Positions 18,242-26,920 of a stretch of DNA of 26,920 nt are shown here, piece by piece. The translations under genes were made by a program, and so were the position numbers. The stretch is from contig DATCFQ010000105.1 in assembly GCA_036509495.1 (NCBI GenBank), positions 1 to 26,920 of the forward strand. The letters are read 5' to 3'. Each line of letters starts with the position of its first letter. The stretch's first letter is position 1. This DNA is from Caulobacteraceae bacterium. Its GTDB lineage: Bacteria; Pseudomonadota; Alphaproteobacteria; Caulobacterales; Caulobacteraceae. Below the pieces are notes generated by a model. The model was not told the DNA's origin, did not search any database, and saw nothing but the letters and a program-made list of their open reading frames with translations.

Positions 18242-19078
18242 ATGGCTCTCAAGCATTACAATCCAACCTCGCCGGGCCAACGCGGCCTGGTTCTCGTCGA
18301 CCGGTCCGAGCTGCACTCGGGCAAGCCCGAGAAGAGCCTCGTCGAAGGCCTGACCAAGTCGGGCGGACGCGGCGGCGGCGGACGCATCGCCGTGCGCTTC
18401 CGCGGCGGCGGCGCCAAGCGGCTCTACCGCATGGTCGACTTCAAGCGCCGCAAATGGGACGTGGCCGCGGTTGTCGAGCGGCTCGAGTACGACCCCAACC
18501 GCACCGCCTTCATCGCGCTCTTGAAGTACGCCGATGGCGAGCTCGCCTACATCCTGGCCCCCCAGCGCATGCGCGTCGGCGACCAGGTGATCGCGGCCGA
18601 GAAGGTGGACGTGAAGCCGGGCAACGCCGCGCCGCTGCGCTCGCTGCCGATCGGCACCATCGTGCACAATGTCGAGATGAAGCCGCTGAAGGGCGGCCAG
18701 CTCGCCCGCTCGGCGGGGGCCTACGCCCAGCTGGTCGGCCGCGACGCCGGCTACGCCCAGATCCGTCTCGGCTCGGGCGAACTTCGCATGGTGCCGGACG
18801 CCTGCATGGCCACGGTCGGCGCCGTGTCCAACCCCGACCACATGAACGAGACGATCGGCAAGGCCGGTCGCAACCGGCACAAGGGCCGCCGCCCGCACGT
18901 TCGCGGCGTGGCCATGAACCCGATCGATCACCCGCATGGCGGCGGCGAAGGCAAGACCTCCGGCGGCCGTCACCCGGTCACCCCTTGGGGCGTTCCCACC
19001 AAGGGCCACAAGACCCGCACCAACAAGACGACGGATAAATTCATCATCCGTTCGCGTCACGTGAAGAAGGCCCGCTAA
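18242..19078 (+). CDS. rplB: 50S ribosomal protein L2
   Basis: [39 protein letters not shown]. Confidence 0.99.
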   Translation: MALKHYNPTSPGQRGLVLVDRSELHSGKPEKSLVEGLTKSGGRGGGGRIAVRFRGGGAKRLYRMVDFKRRKWDVAAVVERLEYDPNRTAFIALLKYADGELAYILAPQRMRVGDQVIAAEKVDVKPGNAAPLRSLPIGTIVHNVEMKPLKGGQLARSAGAYAQLVGRDAGYAQIRLGSGELRMVPDACMATVGAVSNPDHMNETIGKAGRNRHKGRRPHVRGVAMNPIDHPHGGGEGKTSGGRHPVTPWGVPTKGHKTRTNKTTDKFIIRSRHVKKAR

Positions 19079-19081
19079 CCC

Positions 19082-19360
19082 ATGGCCCGTTCGGTTTGGA
19101 AAGGTCCCTTCGTCGACGGCTATCTGCTGAAGAAGGCGGATAACGCGCACGGCTCGGGCCGCAAGGACGTGATCAAGACTTGGTCGCGCCGCTCGACCAT
19201 CATGCCCCAGTTCGTGGGCCTGACCTTCGGCGTGCATAACGGCCAAAAGCATATCCCGGTGCTGATCTCCGAGGACATGGTTGGCCACAAGCTCGGCGAG
19301 TTCTCTCCGACCCGCACCTTCTACGGGCACGCGGCGGACCGGAAAGCGAAGAGGAAGTAG
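19082..19360 (+). CDS. rpsS: 30S ribosomal protein S19
   Basis: [12 protein letters not shown]...TWSRRSTI...[11 protein letters not shown]. Confidence 0.99.
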   Translation: MARSVWKGPFVDGYLLKKADNAHGSGRKDVIKTWSRRSTIMPQFVGLTFGVHNGQKHIPVLISEDMVGHKLGEFSPTRTFYGHAADRKAKRK

Positions 19361-19363
19361 GCC

Positions 19364-19744
19364 ATGGGAAAGAAAGCGACCGATCGGCGCCTGGGCGCCA
19401 ACGAGGCCGTGGCCAAGGCCATCAACCTGCGCGTCTCTCCGCGCAAGCTGAACCTGGTGGCCCAGTCGATCCGCGGCCTGAAGGTGCAGCGGGCCCTCAA
19501 CGAGCTCGAGTTCTCGGCCAAGCGCATCTCGCGCGACGTCCGCAAGGCGCTCTACTCGGCGATCTCCAACGCCGAGAACAACCACAACCTGGACATCGAC
19601 AACCTGATCGTGGCCGAGGCCTTTGTGGGCAAGAACATCACGATGAAGCGCTTCTCGCCGCGCGCCCGCGGCCGCGCCAATCGCATCGAAAAGCCCTTCG
19701 CCGAGATCACCATCGTGGTCCGCGAACTGAACGAGGCCGCCTGA
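19364..19744 (+). CDS. rplV: 50S ribosomal protein L22
   Basis: SPRKLNLVA...SAISNAENN...PRARGRA. Confidence 0.99.
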   Translation: MGKKATDRRLGANEAVAKAINLRVSPRKLNLVAQSIRGLKVQRALNELEFSAKRISRDVRKALYSAISNAENNHNLDIDNLIVAEAFVGKNITMKRFSPRARGRANRIEKPFAEITIVVRELNEAA

Positions 19745-20496
19745 TGGGTCAGAAGGTCAATCCGATCGGGCTCCGGCTCGGCATCAACCGCACCTGGGAC
19801 TCGCGCTGGTTCGCGAAGAAGGAGGAGTACGGCCGCCTCCTGCACCAGGACATCGAGATCCGCCGCCAATTGAAGAAGCGCCTGCTCCAGGCCGGCGTCT
19901 CGCGCATCATCATCGAGCGTCCGCACCGCAAGTGCCGGATCACCATCTATGCGGCTCGGCCGGGGGTGATCATCGGCAAGAAGGGCGCGGACATCGAGAA
20001 GCTGCGCAAGGACCTGCAGACCCTGGCCGAGGGCGAGGTGTTCCTCAACATCATCGAGGTGCGCAAGCCCGAGACCGACGCCCAGCTGGTGGCCGAGAAC
20101 ATCGCCCAGCAGCTCGAGCGCCGCGTGGCGTTCCGCCGGGCGATGAAGCGTTCGATCCAGTCGGCCATGCGGCTCGGCGCCAAGGGCGTCCGCGTCAACG
20201 TCTCCGGCCGCCTCGGCGGCGCCGAGATCGCGCGGATGGAGTGGTATCGCGAAGGTCGCGTTCCGCTGCACACCCTGAGGGCCGATGTCGACTACGGCTT
20301 CACCGAAGCTCAGACCACCTATGGCGTGATCGGCGTGAAGGTGTGGATCTTCAAGGGCGAAGTGCTCGAGCACGACCCGATGGCGCAGGACAAGCGCCTG
20401 TCGGGCGAGACCGGGCCGGCCAGCGAAGGCTCCATGCGCGAACGTCCTGAGCGCGGACCGCGCCGCGACCGTCGCGGCGAACCGGCGAACGCCTGA
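19744..20496 (+). CDS. rpsC: 30S ribosomal protein S3
   Basis: [14 protein letters not shown]...[11 protein letters not shown]...[11 protein letters not shown]...[13 protein letters not shown]. Confidence 0.99.
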   Translation: MGQKVNPIGLRLGINRTWDSRWFAKKEEYGRLLHQDIEIRRQLKKRLLQAGVSRIIIERPHRKCRITIYAARPGVIIGKKGADIEKLRKDLQTLAEGEVFLNIIEVRKPETDAQLVAENIAQQLERRVAFRRAMKRSIQSAMRLGAKGVRVNVSGRLGGAEIARMEWYREGRVPLHTLRADVDYGFTEAQTTYGVIGVKVWIFKGEVLEHDPMAQDKRLSGETGPASEGSMRERPERGPRRDRRGEPANA

Positions 20497-20505
20497 GGCT
20501 GATCC

Positions 20506-20937
20506 ATGCTGCAACCCAAAAAGACCAAGTTCAGAAAGCAGTTCAAGGGCCGCATCCACGGATCGTCCAAGGCTGGCTTTGCGCTCAATTTCGGCGCCTT
20601 CGGCCTGAAGTCTCTGGAGCCCGAGCGCGTCACCGCACGCCAGATCGAAGCGGCTCGCCGCGCGATCACGCGCCAGATGAAGCGCCAGGGCCGGGTGTGG
20701 ATCCGGGTGTTCCCGGATGTGCCGATCTCGTCCAAGCCCGCCGAGGTGCGGATGGGTTCGGGCAAGGGCGCTCCCGAGTACTGGGCCGCGCGCGTGCATC
20801 CGGGCCGGATCCTGTTCGAAGTGGACGGGGTGCCGGCGGACGTGGCGCACGAAGCGCTGCGACTGGGCGCCGCCAAGCTTCCGGTCCGCACCAAGGTCGT
20901 CACCCGGCTGGACGCCGGCGTGGCTCACGAGGATTGA
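20506..20937 (+). CDS. rplP: 50S ribosomal protein L16
   Basis: [11 protein letters not shown]...RQIEAARRA...[12 protein letters not shown]. Confidence 0.99.
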   Translation: MLQPKKTKFRKQFKGRIHGSSKAGFALNFGAFGLKSLEPERVTARQIEAARRAITRQMKRQGRVWIRVFPDVPISSKPAEVRMGSGKGAPEYWAARVHPGRILFEVDGVPADVAHEALRLGAAKLPVRTKVVTRLDAGVAHED

Positions 20938-20942
20938 GCGCG

Positions 20943-21134
20943 ATGGATATCGATGAAGTCCGCCGCCTGACCGGCGACCAACTGCAGGAGCAGCTGCTGA
21001 ACCTGAAGAAGGAGCAGTTCAACCTGCGCTTCCAGGCGGCCACTGGTCAGCTGGAGAAGACCCATAGGGTGAACCAGATCCGCAAGGACATCGCCCGCAT
21101 CAAGACCGTGCTGCGCAACAAGACCGCCGCCTGA
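20943..21134 (+). CDS. rpmC: 50S ribosomal protein L29
   Basis: [56 protein letters not shown] (63 aa); true start at ATG 20943 inside ORF-track entry 20697..21134. Confidence 0.98.
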   Translation: MDIDEVRRLTGDQLQEQLLNLKKEQFNLRFQAATGQLEKTHRVNQIRKDIARIKTVLRNKTAA

Positions 21135-21143
21135 GGATCAAGC

Positions 21144-21455
21144 ATGCCGAAACGAATTCTCGAAGGGGTGGTGATTTCCGACAAGGGCGACAAGACCGTC
21201 GTCGTCCGGGTCGAGCGGACCTTCCTGCACCCGTTGCTGAAGAAGACCGTGCGCCGCTCCAAGAAGTACCATGCCCACGACGAGGCCAACGCCTGCCACA
21301 CCGGCGAGCACGTCCGCATCGTGGAATGCGCGCCCAAGTCCAAGCTGAAGACCTGGGAAGTTCTGGCCAAGCCGGGGGCGGACACCGCGTCTGAGCCCAA
21401 GGCCAAGGCGTCCCGCGCCAAGAAGACCGCGCCGGCGGCGGAGGCGTCCGCATGA
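21144..21455 (+). CDS. rpsQ: 30S ribosomal protein S17 with Lys/Ala-rich C-terminal extension
   Basis: [14 protein letters not shown]...[18 protein letters not shown]...SKLKTW. Confidence 0.98.
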   Translation: MPKRILEGVVISDKGDKTVVVRVERTFLHPLLKKTVRRSKKYHAHDEANACHTGEHVRIVECAPKSKLKTWEVLAKPGADTASEPKAKASRAKKTAPAAEASA

Positions 21456-21820
21456 TCCAGATGCAATCCAACCTGGAGGTAGCCGACAACTCCGGCGCCC
21501 GCCGCGTCATGTGCATCAAGGTGCTGGGCGGCGCTGGCCGGCGCTATGCGCACGTGGGCGACACCATCGTGGTCTCGGTCAAGGAAGCCATTCCGCGTGG
21601 CCGCGTGAAGAAGGGCGACGTGATGCACGCCATCGTGGTGCGCACCTCCCAGCCCATCCAGCGCAAGGACGGCTCGACCATCCGCTTCGACCGCAACGCC
21701 GCGGTGCTGGTGAACAAGCAGAAAGAGCCGATCGGCACCCGCATCTTCGGACCGGTGCCGCGCGAGCTGCGCGCCAAGAACCACATGAAGATCATTTCGC
21801 TGGCGCCGGAGGTGTTGTGA
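21452..21820 (+). CDS. rplN: 50S ribosomal protein L14
   Basis: [27 protein letters not shown]...[13 protein letters not shown]; ATGA overlap with rpsQ. Confidence 0.99.
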   Translation: MIQMQSNLEVADNSGARRVMCIKVLGGAGRRYAHVGDTIVVSVKEAIPRGRVKKGDVMHAIVVRTSQPIQRKDGSTIRFDRNAAVLVNKQKEPIGTRIFGPVPRELRAKNHMKIISLAPEVL

Positions 21821-22137
21821 TGGCGGCCAAGATCAAAAAAGGCGACCGGGTGGTCCTCCTCACCGGCCGCGACAAGGGCCGCCAGGGCGAAGTCACGCGC
21901 GTCTTCCCGAAGGAAGAGCGGCTGATCGTCCAGGGCCTGAACCTGGTGAAGCGCCATACCCGCGCCAGCCAGACCGATCCGCAAGGCGGCATCAAGACCA
22001 AGGAAGCCCCCGTGCACGTCTCCAACGTGGCCTTCGTCGATCCGAAGTCCGGGGGCCCCACCCGCGTGGGCTTCCGCACCGAGGGCGACCGCAAGGTCCG
22101 CTACGCCAAGAAATCCGGCGAGGTCATCGATGGCTGA
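21820..22137 (+). CDS. rplX: 50S ribosomal protein L24
   Basis: [23 protein letters not shown]...[10 protein letters not shown] (105 aa); start at ATG 21820 in a TGATG overlap, inside ORF-track entry 21511..22137. Confidence 0.98.
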   Translation: MAAKIKKGDRVVLLTGRDKGRQGEVTRVFPKEERLIVQGLNLVKRHTRASQTDPQGGIKTKEAPVHVSNVAFVDPKSGGPTRVGFRTEGDRKVRYAKKSGEVIDG

Positions 22138-22690
22138 GGCCAAAACCTATATGCCGCGGCTGAAGTCCGAATATCGCGAGCGCATCCGCGCCGTGCTCAA
22201 GGACGAGTTCGGCTACACCAACGAGATGCAGATCCCCAAGCTCGACAAGATCGTCGTGAACATGGGCATCGGCGAAGCCGTGGCCGACTCCAAGAAGGCC
22301 CAGTCGGCGATGACCGATCTGGCCGCCATCACCGGCCAGAAGCCGGCCCCGACCCGCGCCCGCCAATCGATCGCCCAGTTCAAGATCCGCGAGAACATGG
22401 TGATCGGCGCCAAGGTGACGCTGCGCAAGGACCGGATGTACGAGTTCCTCGACCGGCTGATCACCATCGCCCTGCCGCGGGTGAAGGACTTCCGGGGGCT
22501 GAAGCCGACCAGTTTCGACGGGCGCGGCAACTACGCCCTGGGGCTGCGCGAACACCTGGTGTTCCCGGAGATCAACTACGACCAGATCGATCAGGTCTGG
22601 GGCATGGACATCATCGTCTGCACGACGGCTCGGAACGACGGGGAGGCCAAGGCTCTCCTCCGCGAGTTCCAGTTCCCGTTCCAAAGCTGA
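22130..22690 (+). CDS. rplE: 50S ribosomal protein L5
   Basis: [14 protein letters not shown]...ITGQKP...LPRVKDFRG...FDGRGNY. Confidence 0.99.
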   Translation: MAEAKTYMPRLKSEYRERIRAVLKDEFGYTNEMQIPKLDKIVVNMGIGEAVADSKKAQSAMTDLAAITGQKPAPTRARQSIAQFKIRENMVIGAKVTLRKDRMYEFLDRLITIALPRVKDFRGLKPTSFDGRGNYALGLREHLVFPEINYDQIDQVWGMDIIVCTTARNDGEAKALLREFQFPFQS

Positions 22691-22709
22691 GCGGGGAAGG
22701 AAAGCAACT

Positions 22710-23015
22710 ATGGCCAAGAAGAGCACGGTCAATCGCAACGACATGGTCAAGCGGCTGGTGAAGCAGTTCGCCGCCAAGCGGGCCGCCCTCAAGGCGACTG
22801 CGAACGACCAGAACCTGCCGCTCGAGGAGCGTTTCGCCGCCAGGCTGAAGCTCGCCGAGCTGCCCCGCAACTCCTCCAAGGTGCGCATCCGCAATCGCTG
22901 CATGCTCACCGGGCGGCCGCGCGCCTACTACCGCAAGCTCAAGATGAGCCGGATCGCACTCCGGGAGCTGGCGTCCGCCGGGCAGATCCCCGGCATGGTC
23001 AAGTCGAGCTGGTGA
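22710..23015 (+). CDS. rpsN: 30S ribosomal protein S14 (101-aa, non-zinc-finger type)
   Basis: [21 protein letters not shown]...[22 protein letters not shown]. Confidence 0.99.
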   Translation: MAKKSTVNRNDMVKRLVKQFAAKRAALKATANDQNLPLEERFAARLKLAELPRNSSKVRIRNRCMLTGRPRAYYRKLKMSRIALRELASAGQIPGMVKSSW

Positions 23016-23022
23016 GGACCTT

Positions 23023-23421
23023 ATGTCGGTGAACGATCCCATCGGCGACATGATCGCCCGCATCAAGAACGCCGCCATGCGCAAGCGGAGCAAGGTGTCG
23101 ACGCCAGCCTCACGGCTGCGCGCTCGCGTGCTCGACGTGCTGCAGGACGAAGGCTACATCCGGGGCTATGCCCAGGTGGAGCGTCCTGGCGAATTTCCCG
23201 AGTTCGAGATCGAACTCAAGTATTTCGACGGCCAGCCGGTGATCGCGGAAATCGCCCGCGTCTCCAAGCCGGGCCGGCGCGTCTATTCCTCCATCGACGA
23301 CCTGAAGCCGGTGAAGAACGGGTTGGGCATCTCCATCCTGTCCACCTCCAAGGGCGTCATGTCCGACACCGCTGCCCGCGACCAGAACGTGGGCGGCGAA
23401 GTCCTCTGCCGGGTCTATTGA
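23023..23421 (+). CDS. rpsH: 30S ribosomal protein S8
   Basis: [13 protein letters not shown]...SKPGRRVY...[11 protein letters not shown]. Confidence 0.99.
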   Translation: MSVNDPIGDMIARIKNAAMRKRSKVSTPASRLRARVLDVLQDEGYIRGYAQVERPGEFPEFEIELKYFDGQPVIAEIARVSKPGRRVYSSIDDLKPVKNGLGISILSTSKGVMSDTAARDQNVGGEVLCRVY

Positions 23422-23422
23422 T

Positions 23423-23956
23423 ATGTCGCGTATCGGCAAGAAGCCCATCGACATCCCGTCCGGCGTGACCATCACCCTCTCGGGCCAGACCGTCACGGTG
23501 AAGGGGCCCAAGGGCCAGCTCGCCTGGACTGTGGCCGAGGAGATCGAGGTCACCCAGGAAGGCTCGCAGCTGAACCTCGCCCCGCGCGAGGACAGCCAGC
23601 GCGCCCGCGGCATGTGGGGCCTGTCCCGCACCCTGGTGGACAACATGGTCGAAGGCGTGACCAAGGGCTACGAGGAGACCCTCGAGCTGGTGGGCGTCGG
23701 CTATCGCGCTGCGATGAAGGGCAATGCCCTGTCCATGCAGCTCGGCTTCTCCCACGACGTGGACATCAAGCCGCCCGCCGGGATCACCTTCGCCACGCCG
23801 CGTCCGATCGAGATCAAGGTCAGCGGCATCGACAAGCAGCAGGTCGGCGAGACCGCCGCCCGGATCCGCCGGATTCGCCCGCCCGAGCCCTACAAGGGCA
23901 AGGGCGTGCGCTATTCCGGCGAAAAGGTCCGCCGCAAGGAAGGCAAGAAGAAGTAG
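23423..23956 (+). CDS. rplF: 50S ribosomal protein L6
   Basis: MSRIGKKPI...VKGPKG...LVGVGYRA...[11 protein letters not shown]. Confidence 0.99.
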   Translation: MSRIGKKPIDIPSGVTITLSGQTVTVKGPKGQLAWTVAEEIEVTQEGSQLNLAPREDSQRARGMWGLSRTLVDNMVEGVTKGYEETLELVGVGYRAAMKGNALSMQLGFSHDVDIKPPAGITFATPRPIEIKVSGIDKQQVGETAARIRRIRPPEPYKGKGVRYSGEKVRRKEGKKK

Positions 23957-23959
23957 GCC

Positions 23960-24310
23960 ATGGCGCTCTCCACCCGCGACACTCTCCTCCGCCGCGCCCA
24001 GCGCGTCCGCAGCCGGCTCAAGCAGCTGGCCAACGGACGCCCGCGTCTTACGGTGTTCCGTTCGAGCAAGAACATCTACGCCCAGGTCATCGACGACGCG
24101 CAGGGCGTCACCGTCGCTGCCGCATCCTCGCTGGAAGGCGACGCCAAGGGGTCCGACAAGGACGCCGCGGCCCGCATCGGCAAACTGGTCGCCGAGCGCG
24201 CGATCCAGAAGGGCGTCAAGGACGTGGTCTTCGACCGCGGCGGCTACATTTATCACGGCCGGATCAAGGCGCTGGCGGATGCCGCGCGTGAAGCCGGCTT
24301 GAACTTCTAA
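23960..24310 (+). CDS. rplR: 50S ribosomal protein L18
   Basis: [20 protein letters not shown]...[28 protein letters not shown]. Confidence 0.99.
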   Translation: MALSTRDTLLRRAQRVRSRLKQLANGRPRLTVFRSSKNIYAQVIDDAQGVTVAAASSLEGDAKGSDKDAAARIGKLVAERAIQKGVKDVVFDRGGYIYHGRIKALADAAREAGLNF

Positions 24311-24319
24311 GGGAAACCC

Positions 24320-24907
24320 ATGGCCCGTGAACCTGGACAGCGCGGCGACCGGCGCGACCGGCGCGACCGCGACGGCGACAGCGACAGCGACATCGTAGAG
24401 AAGCTGGTCCACATCAACCGCGTCGCCGCCACCGTGAAGGGCGGCCGCCGCTTCTCCTTCGCCGCTCTGATGGTCGTCGGCGACCAGAAGGGCCGCGTCG
24501 GCTTCGGTCATGGCAAGGCGCGCGAAGTGCCCGAAGCCATCCGCAAGGCGACGGAAGAAGCCAAGAAGACCATGATCCGCGTGCCGCTGCGCGAGTCCCG
24601 CACCCTGCACCATGACGGCGCTGGCCGGCATGGCGCGGGCAAGGTGACCTTGCGTTCGGCGCCTCCGGGCACCGGCGTGATCGCCGGCGGTCCGATGCGG
24701 GCGGTGCTGGAGACCCTGGGCGTCCAGGACGTGGTGGCCAAGTCGGTCGGCTCGTCCAACCCCTACAACATGGTGCGGGCCACCTTCGACGCCCTGAAGG
24801 GCCAGTCCTCGCCGCGGCAGATCGCCAGCAAGCGCGGCAAGAAGGTCTCCGACATCATCGGCCGGCGCTCCGACGGCGCCCAGGCCGAAGCCGTGGCGGA
24901 GGGCTGA
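24320..24907 (+). CDS. rpsE: 30S ribosomal protein S5
   Basis: [24 protein letters not shown]...PGTGVIAGG...[12 protein letters not shown]. Confidence 0.99.
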   Translation: MAREPGQRGDRRDRRDRDGDSDSDIVEKLVHINRVAATVKGGRRFSFAALMVVGDQKGRVGFGHGKAREVPEAIRKATEEAKKTMIRVPLRESRTLHHDGAGRHGAGKVTLRSAPPGTGVIAGGPMRAVLETLGVQDVVAKSVGSSNPYNMVRATFDALKGQSSPRQIASKRGKKVSDIIGRRSDGAQAEAVAEG

Positions 24908-24910
24908 TCC

Positions 24911-25090
24911 ATGGCCAAAGTCACCATCGTCCAGACCGGCAGCCCGATCCGGCGCACCAAGGACCAGCGCGCGACCCTGCGCGGCCTGGGCCTGGACCGC
25001 ATCGGCCGCAAGTCGGTGCTCGAAGACACGCCCTCGATCCGCGGGATGATCGCCAAGGTCGCCCACATGGTCGCGGTGGTCGAGGGCTAG
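24911..25090 (+). CDS. rpmD: 50S ribosomal protein L30
   Basis: Translated by hand (absent from the ORF track): [59 protein letters not shown], 59 aa. Confidence 0.97.
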   Translation: MAKVTIVQTGSPIRRTKDQRATLRGLGLDRIGRKSVLEDTPSIRGMIAKVAHMVAVVEG

Positions 25091-25162
25091 CCCTCGCCGC
25101 TTCCCAATTCATAGCAGCCGAGTCGGGGCTCGCCCCGGCGTTGATCTCCAAGGAGAGGCTAG

Positions 25163-25654
25163 ATGACCAAGCTCAATGAACTCGCCCCCCGTCCGGGCTC
25201 GCACAAGTCCCGCATGCGCGTGGGCCGCGGCGGCGGCTCGGGCAAGGGCAAGACCGCTGGCCGCGGCGTCAAGGGCCAGACCTCGCGCACTGGTCACGGC
25301 ATGAACCAGTTCGAGGGCGGCCAGATGCCGATTCACATGCGCATGCCCAAGCGCGGCTTCAACAACCCCTTCGCCAAGAAGCTGGTCGAGGTGAACCTGT
25401 GGCGCCTGGCCCAGGCGATCGAAGCCGGCAAGATCGACGCCAAGCAGCCGGTCGACGCCGACGCCCTGCTCAAGGCCGGCGTGATCCGTAGAGTTCGCGA
25501 TGGCGTGCGGCTGCTGGGCCAGGGCGAGATGAAGACCCAGCTCGACATCCGTTGCCATTCGGCCACCGCCTCCGCCCGCAAGGCGGTGGAAGCAGCCGGC
25601 GGCACGCTGACGACGGTTATCGCCGCGGCCGAACCGGCCGCCGTCGAAGCCTGA
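25163..25654 (+). CDS. rplO: 50S ribosomal protein L15
   Basis: RVGRGGGSGKGKTAGRGVKGQ...FEGGQMP...PKRGF; SD AAGGAGAGG. Confidence 0.99.
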   Translation: MTKLNELAPRPGSHKSRMRVGRGGGSGKGKTAGRGVKGQTSRTGHGMNQFEGGQMPIHMRMPKRGFNNPFAKKLVEVNLWRLAQAIEAGKIDAKQPVDADALLKAGVIRRVRDGVRLLGQGEMKTQLDIRCHSATASARKAVEAAGGTLTTVIAAAEPAAVEA

Positions 25655-25727
25655 GACCCGCCGCCGCCCTCGCCAGGAGCGGTGCAACGCCCTATCTCTT
25701 GGCCTCTGACAAGCTTGAGAGACGCTC

Positions 25728-26920
25728 ATGGCCTCGGCCGCTGAACAGCTAGCCGCCAATCTGAACTTCGGAGCCTTCCAGAAGGCGACCGATCTGCACA
25801 AACGCCTGTGGTTCACCGTGGGCGCGCTGATCGTCTATCGCCTGGGCGCCTTCATCCCGATCCCGGGGATCGATTCCAAGGCCTTCGCCGACGCCTTCAA
25901 CACCCATTCGGCGGGCATACTGGGCATGTTCAACATGTTCTCGGGCGGCGCCGTGCAGCGCATGGCGATCTTCTCGCTGAACGTGATGCCCTACATCTCG
26001 GCGTCGATCATCGTGCAGCTGCTGCAGTCGATCTATCCGCCCTGGGACAAGCTGAAGAAGGAAGGCGGCGAAGCCGGCCGCAAGCAGCTGAACCAGTACA
26101 CCCGCTATCTGACGGTGATCCTGGCCCTGTTCCAGTCGGGGGCGATCGCCTTCGGCCTGCAGACCCAGCGCGGCCTGGTGTTCGATCCGGGGCCGTTCTT
26201 CGTGGTCTCGACCATCGCCACCCTGACCGGCGGCACCATGTTCCTGATGTGGCTGGGCGAGCAGATCACCAGCCGGGGCGTCGGCAACGGCATCAGCCTC
26301 CTGATCTTCGCCGGCATCGTCGCGCGCCTCGGGCCGGCGCTCGGCCAGATGCTGACCCTGAGCCAGCAGGGCGGCATGTCGAGCGGCGCGCTGCTCCTCA
26401 TCGCCATCGGCGCGGTGGTGGTGGTGATCGCCATCGTGTTCTGCGAGCGGGCCCAGCGCCGGCTCCTGATCCAGTATCCCAAGCGCCAGGTCGGCAACCG
26501 GATGTTCGGCGGCGAGTCCTCGTTCCTGCCGATCAAGATCAACACCTCGGGCGTGATCCCGCCGATCTTCGCCTCGAGCCTGCTGCTGCTGCCGGCGACG
26601 GCCCTGCAGTTCGGCTCGGGCGCCCTGTCGCACCTGCCTGGCTGGGTGCCCGGCCTGATCAGCCAGCTGCAGCACGGGCAGCCGCTGTTCATCGTGCTCT
26701 ATGGCACGCTGATCGTCTTCTTCTGCTTCTTCTACACCTCGGTGGTGTTCAATCCCGAGGACACGGCCGAGAACCTGCGCAAGTACGGCGGCTTCCTGCC
26801 CGGCATCCGCCCCGGCAAGCGCACGGCCGACTATCTCGATTACGTGCTGACCCGCCTGACGGTGATCGGCGCGGCCTATATCGCCATCGTCTGCATCCTC
26901 CCCGAGGCGATGATGGCCAA
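25728..26920 (+). CDS. secY: Preprotein translocase subunit SecY (3' truncated by the window end)
   Basis: Hand-translated from ATG 25728: MASAAEQLAANLNFGAF...IFSLNVMPYISASIIVQLL...WLGEQITSRGVGNG...GVIPPIFASS...PGIRPG; no stop before 26920. Confidence 0.98.
   Translation, partial: MASAAEQLAANLNFGAFQKATDLHKRLWFTVGALIVYRLGAFIPIPGIDSKAFADAFNTHSAGILGMFNMFSGGAVQRMAIFSLNVMPYISASIIVQLLQSIYPPWDKLKKEGGEAGRKQLNQYTRYLTVILALFQSGAIAFGLQTQRGLVFDPGPFFVVSTIATLTGGTMFLMWLGEQITSRGVGNGISLLIFAGIVARLGPALGQMLTLSQQGGMSSGALLLIAIGAVVVVIAIVFCERAQRRLLIQYPKRQVGNRMFGGESSFLPIKINTSGVIPPIFASSLLLLPATALQFGSGALSHLPGWVPGLISQLQHGQPLFIVLYGTLIVFFCFFYTSVVFNPEDTAENLRKYGGFLPGIRPGKRTADYLDYVLTRLTVIGAAYIAIVCILPEAMMA

Noticed and set aside
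21267-21335. His/Cys cluster in S17 ([15 protein letters not shown]...ECAP)
   Set aside because: No CxxC pair, and most of these residues are part of the normal S17 sequence; metal binding is unsupported
22710-23015. S14 lacking the four-Cys zinc ribbon
   Set aside because: The 101-aa zinc-independent form is the normal one in most Proteobacteria
17000-26692. Numerous antisense and alternate-frame ORFs across the r-protein cluster and secY (for example 18176..19585, 19552..20928, 23357..25066, 25749..26675)
   Set aside because: They overlap well-established genes, have low-complexity Arg/Ala/Gly/Pro-rich translations and no independent support

Overview
High-GC alphaproteobacterial housekeeping region. 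The protein signatures (for example EF-Tu C-terminus, L2 and L15 N-termini) look like Caulobacteraceae such as Phenylobacterium or Caulobacter; this assignment is an inference. The window holds rpoB-rpoC, the str operon (rpsL-rpsG-fusA-tuf), a complete fused S10+spc ribosomal protein cluster (rpsJ to rplO) and the 5' part of secY, all on the + strand. Two small accessory islets interrupt the conserved blocks: a class I SAM methyltransferase plus a convergent TonB-like membrane-anchored protein (8632-9906), and a 65-aa hydrophilic ORF plus a secreted GIN/DUF2807-type repeat protein (14622-15790). I see no rRNA, tRNA, CRISPR array or mobile element, and no clear-cut large novel system. The best leads are regulatory or small-scale: long structured leaders upstream of rpoB, rpsL and rpsJ; a terminator-like hairpin inside the str operon; a quasi-palindromic EcfG/sigmaT-like promoter between the divergent small ORF and GIN gene; an orphan TonB-like protein with a Cys-containing non-TonB C-terminus; a repeat-expanded L3 tail; and atypical codon usage in tuf. 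All motifs and structures were read by eye and not computed.
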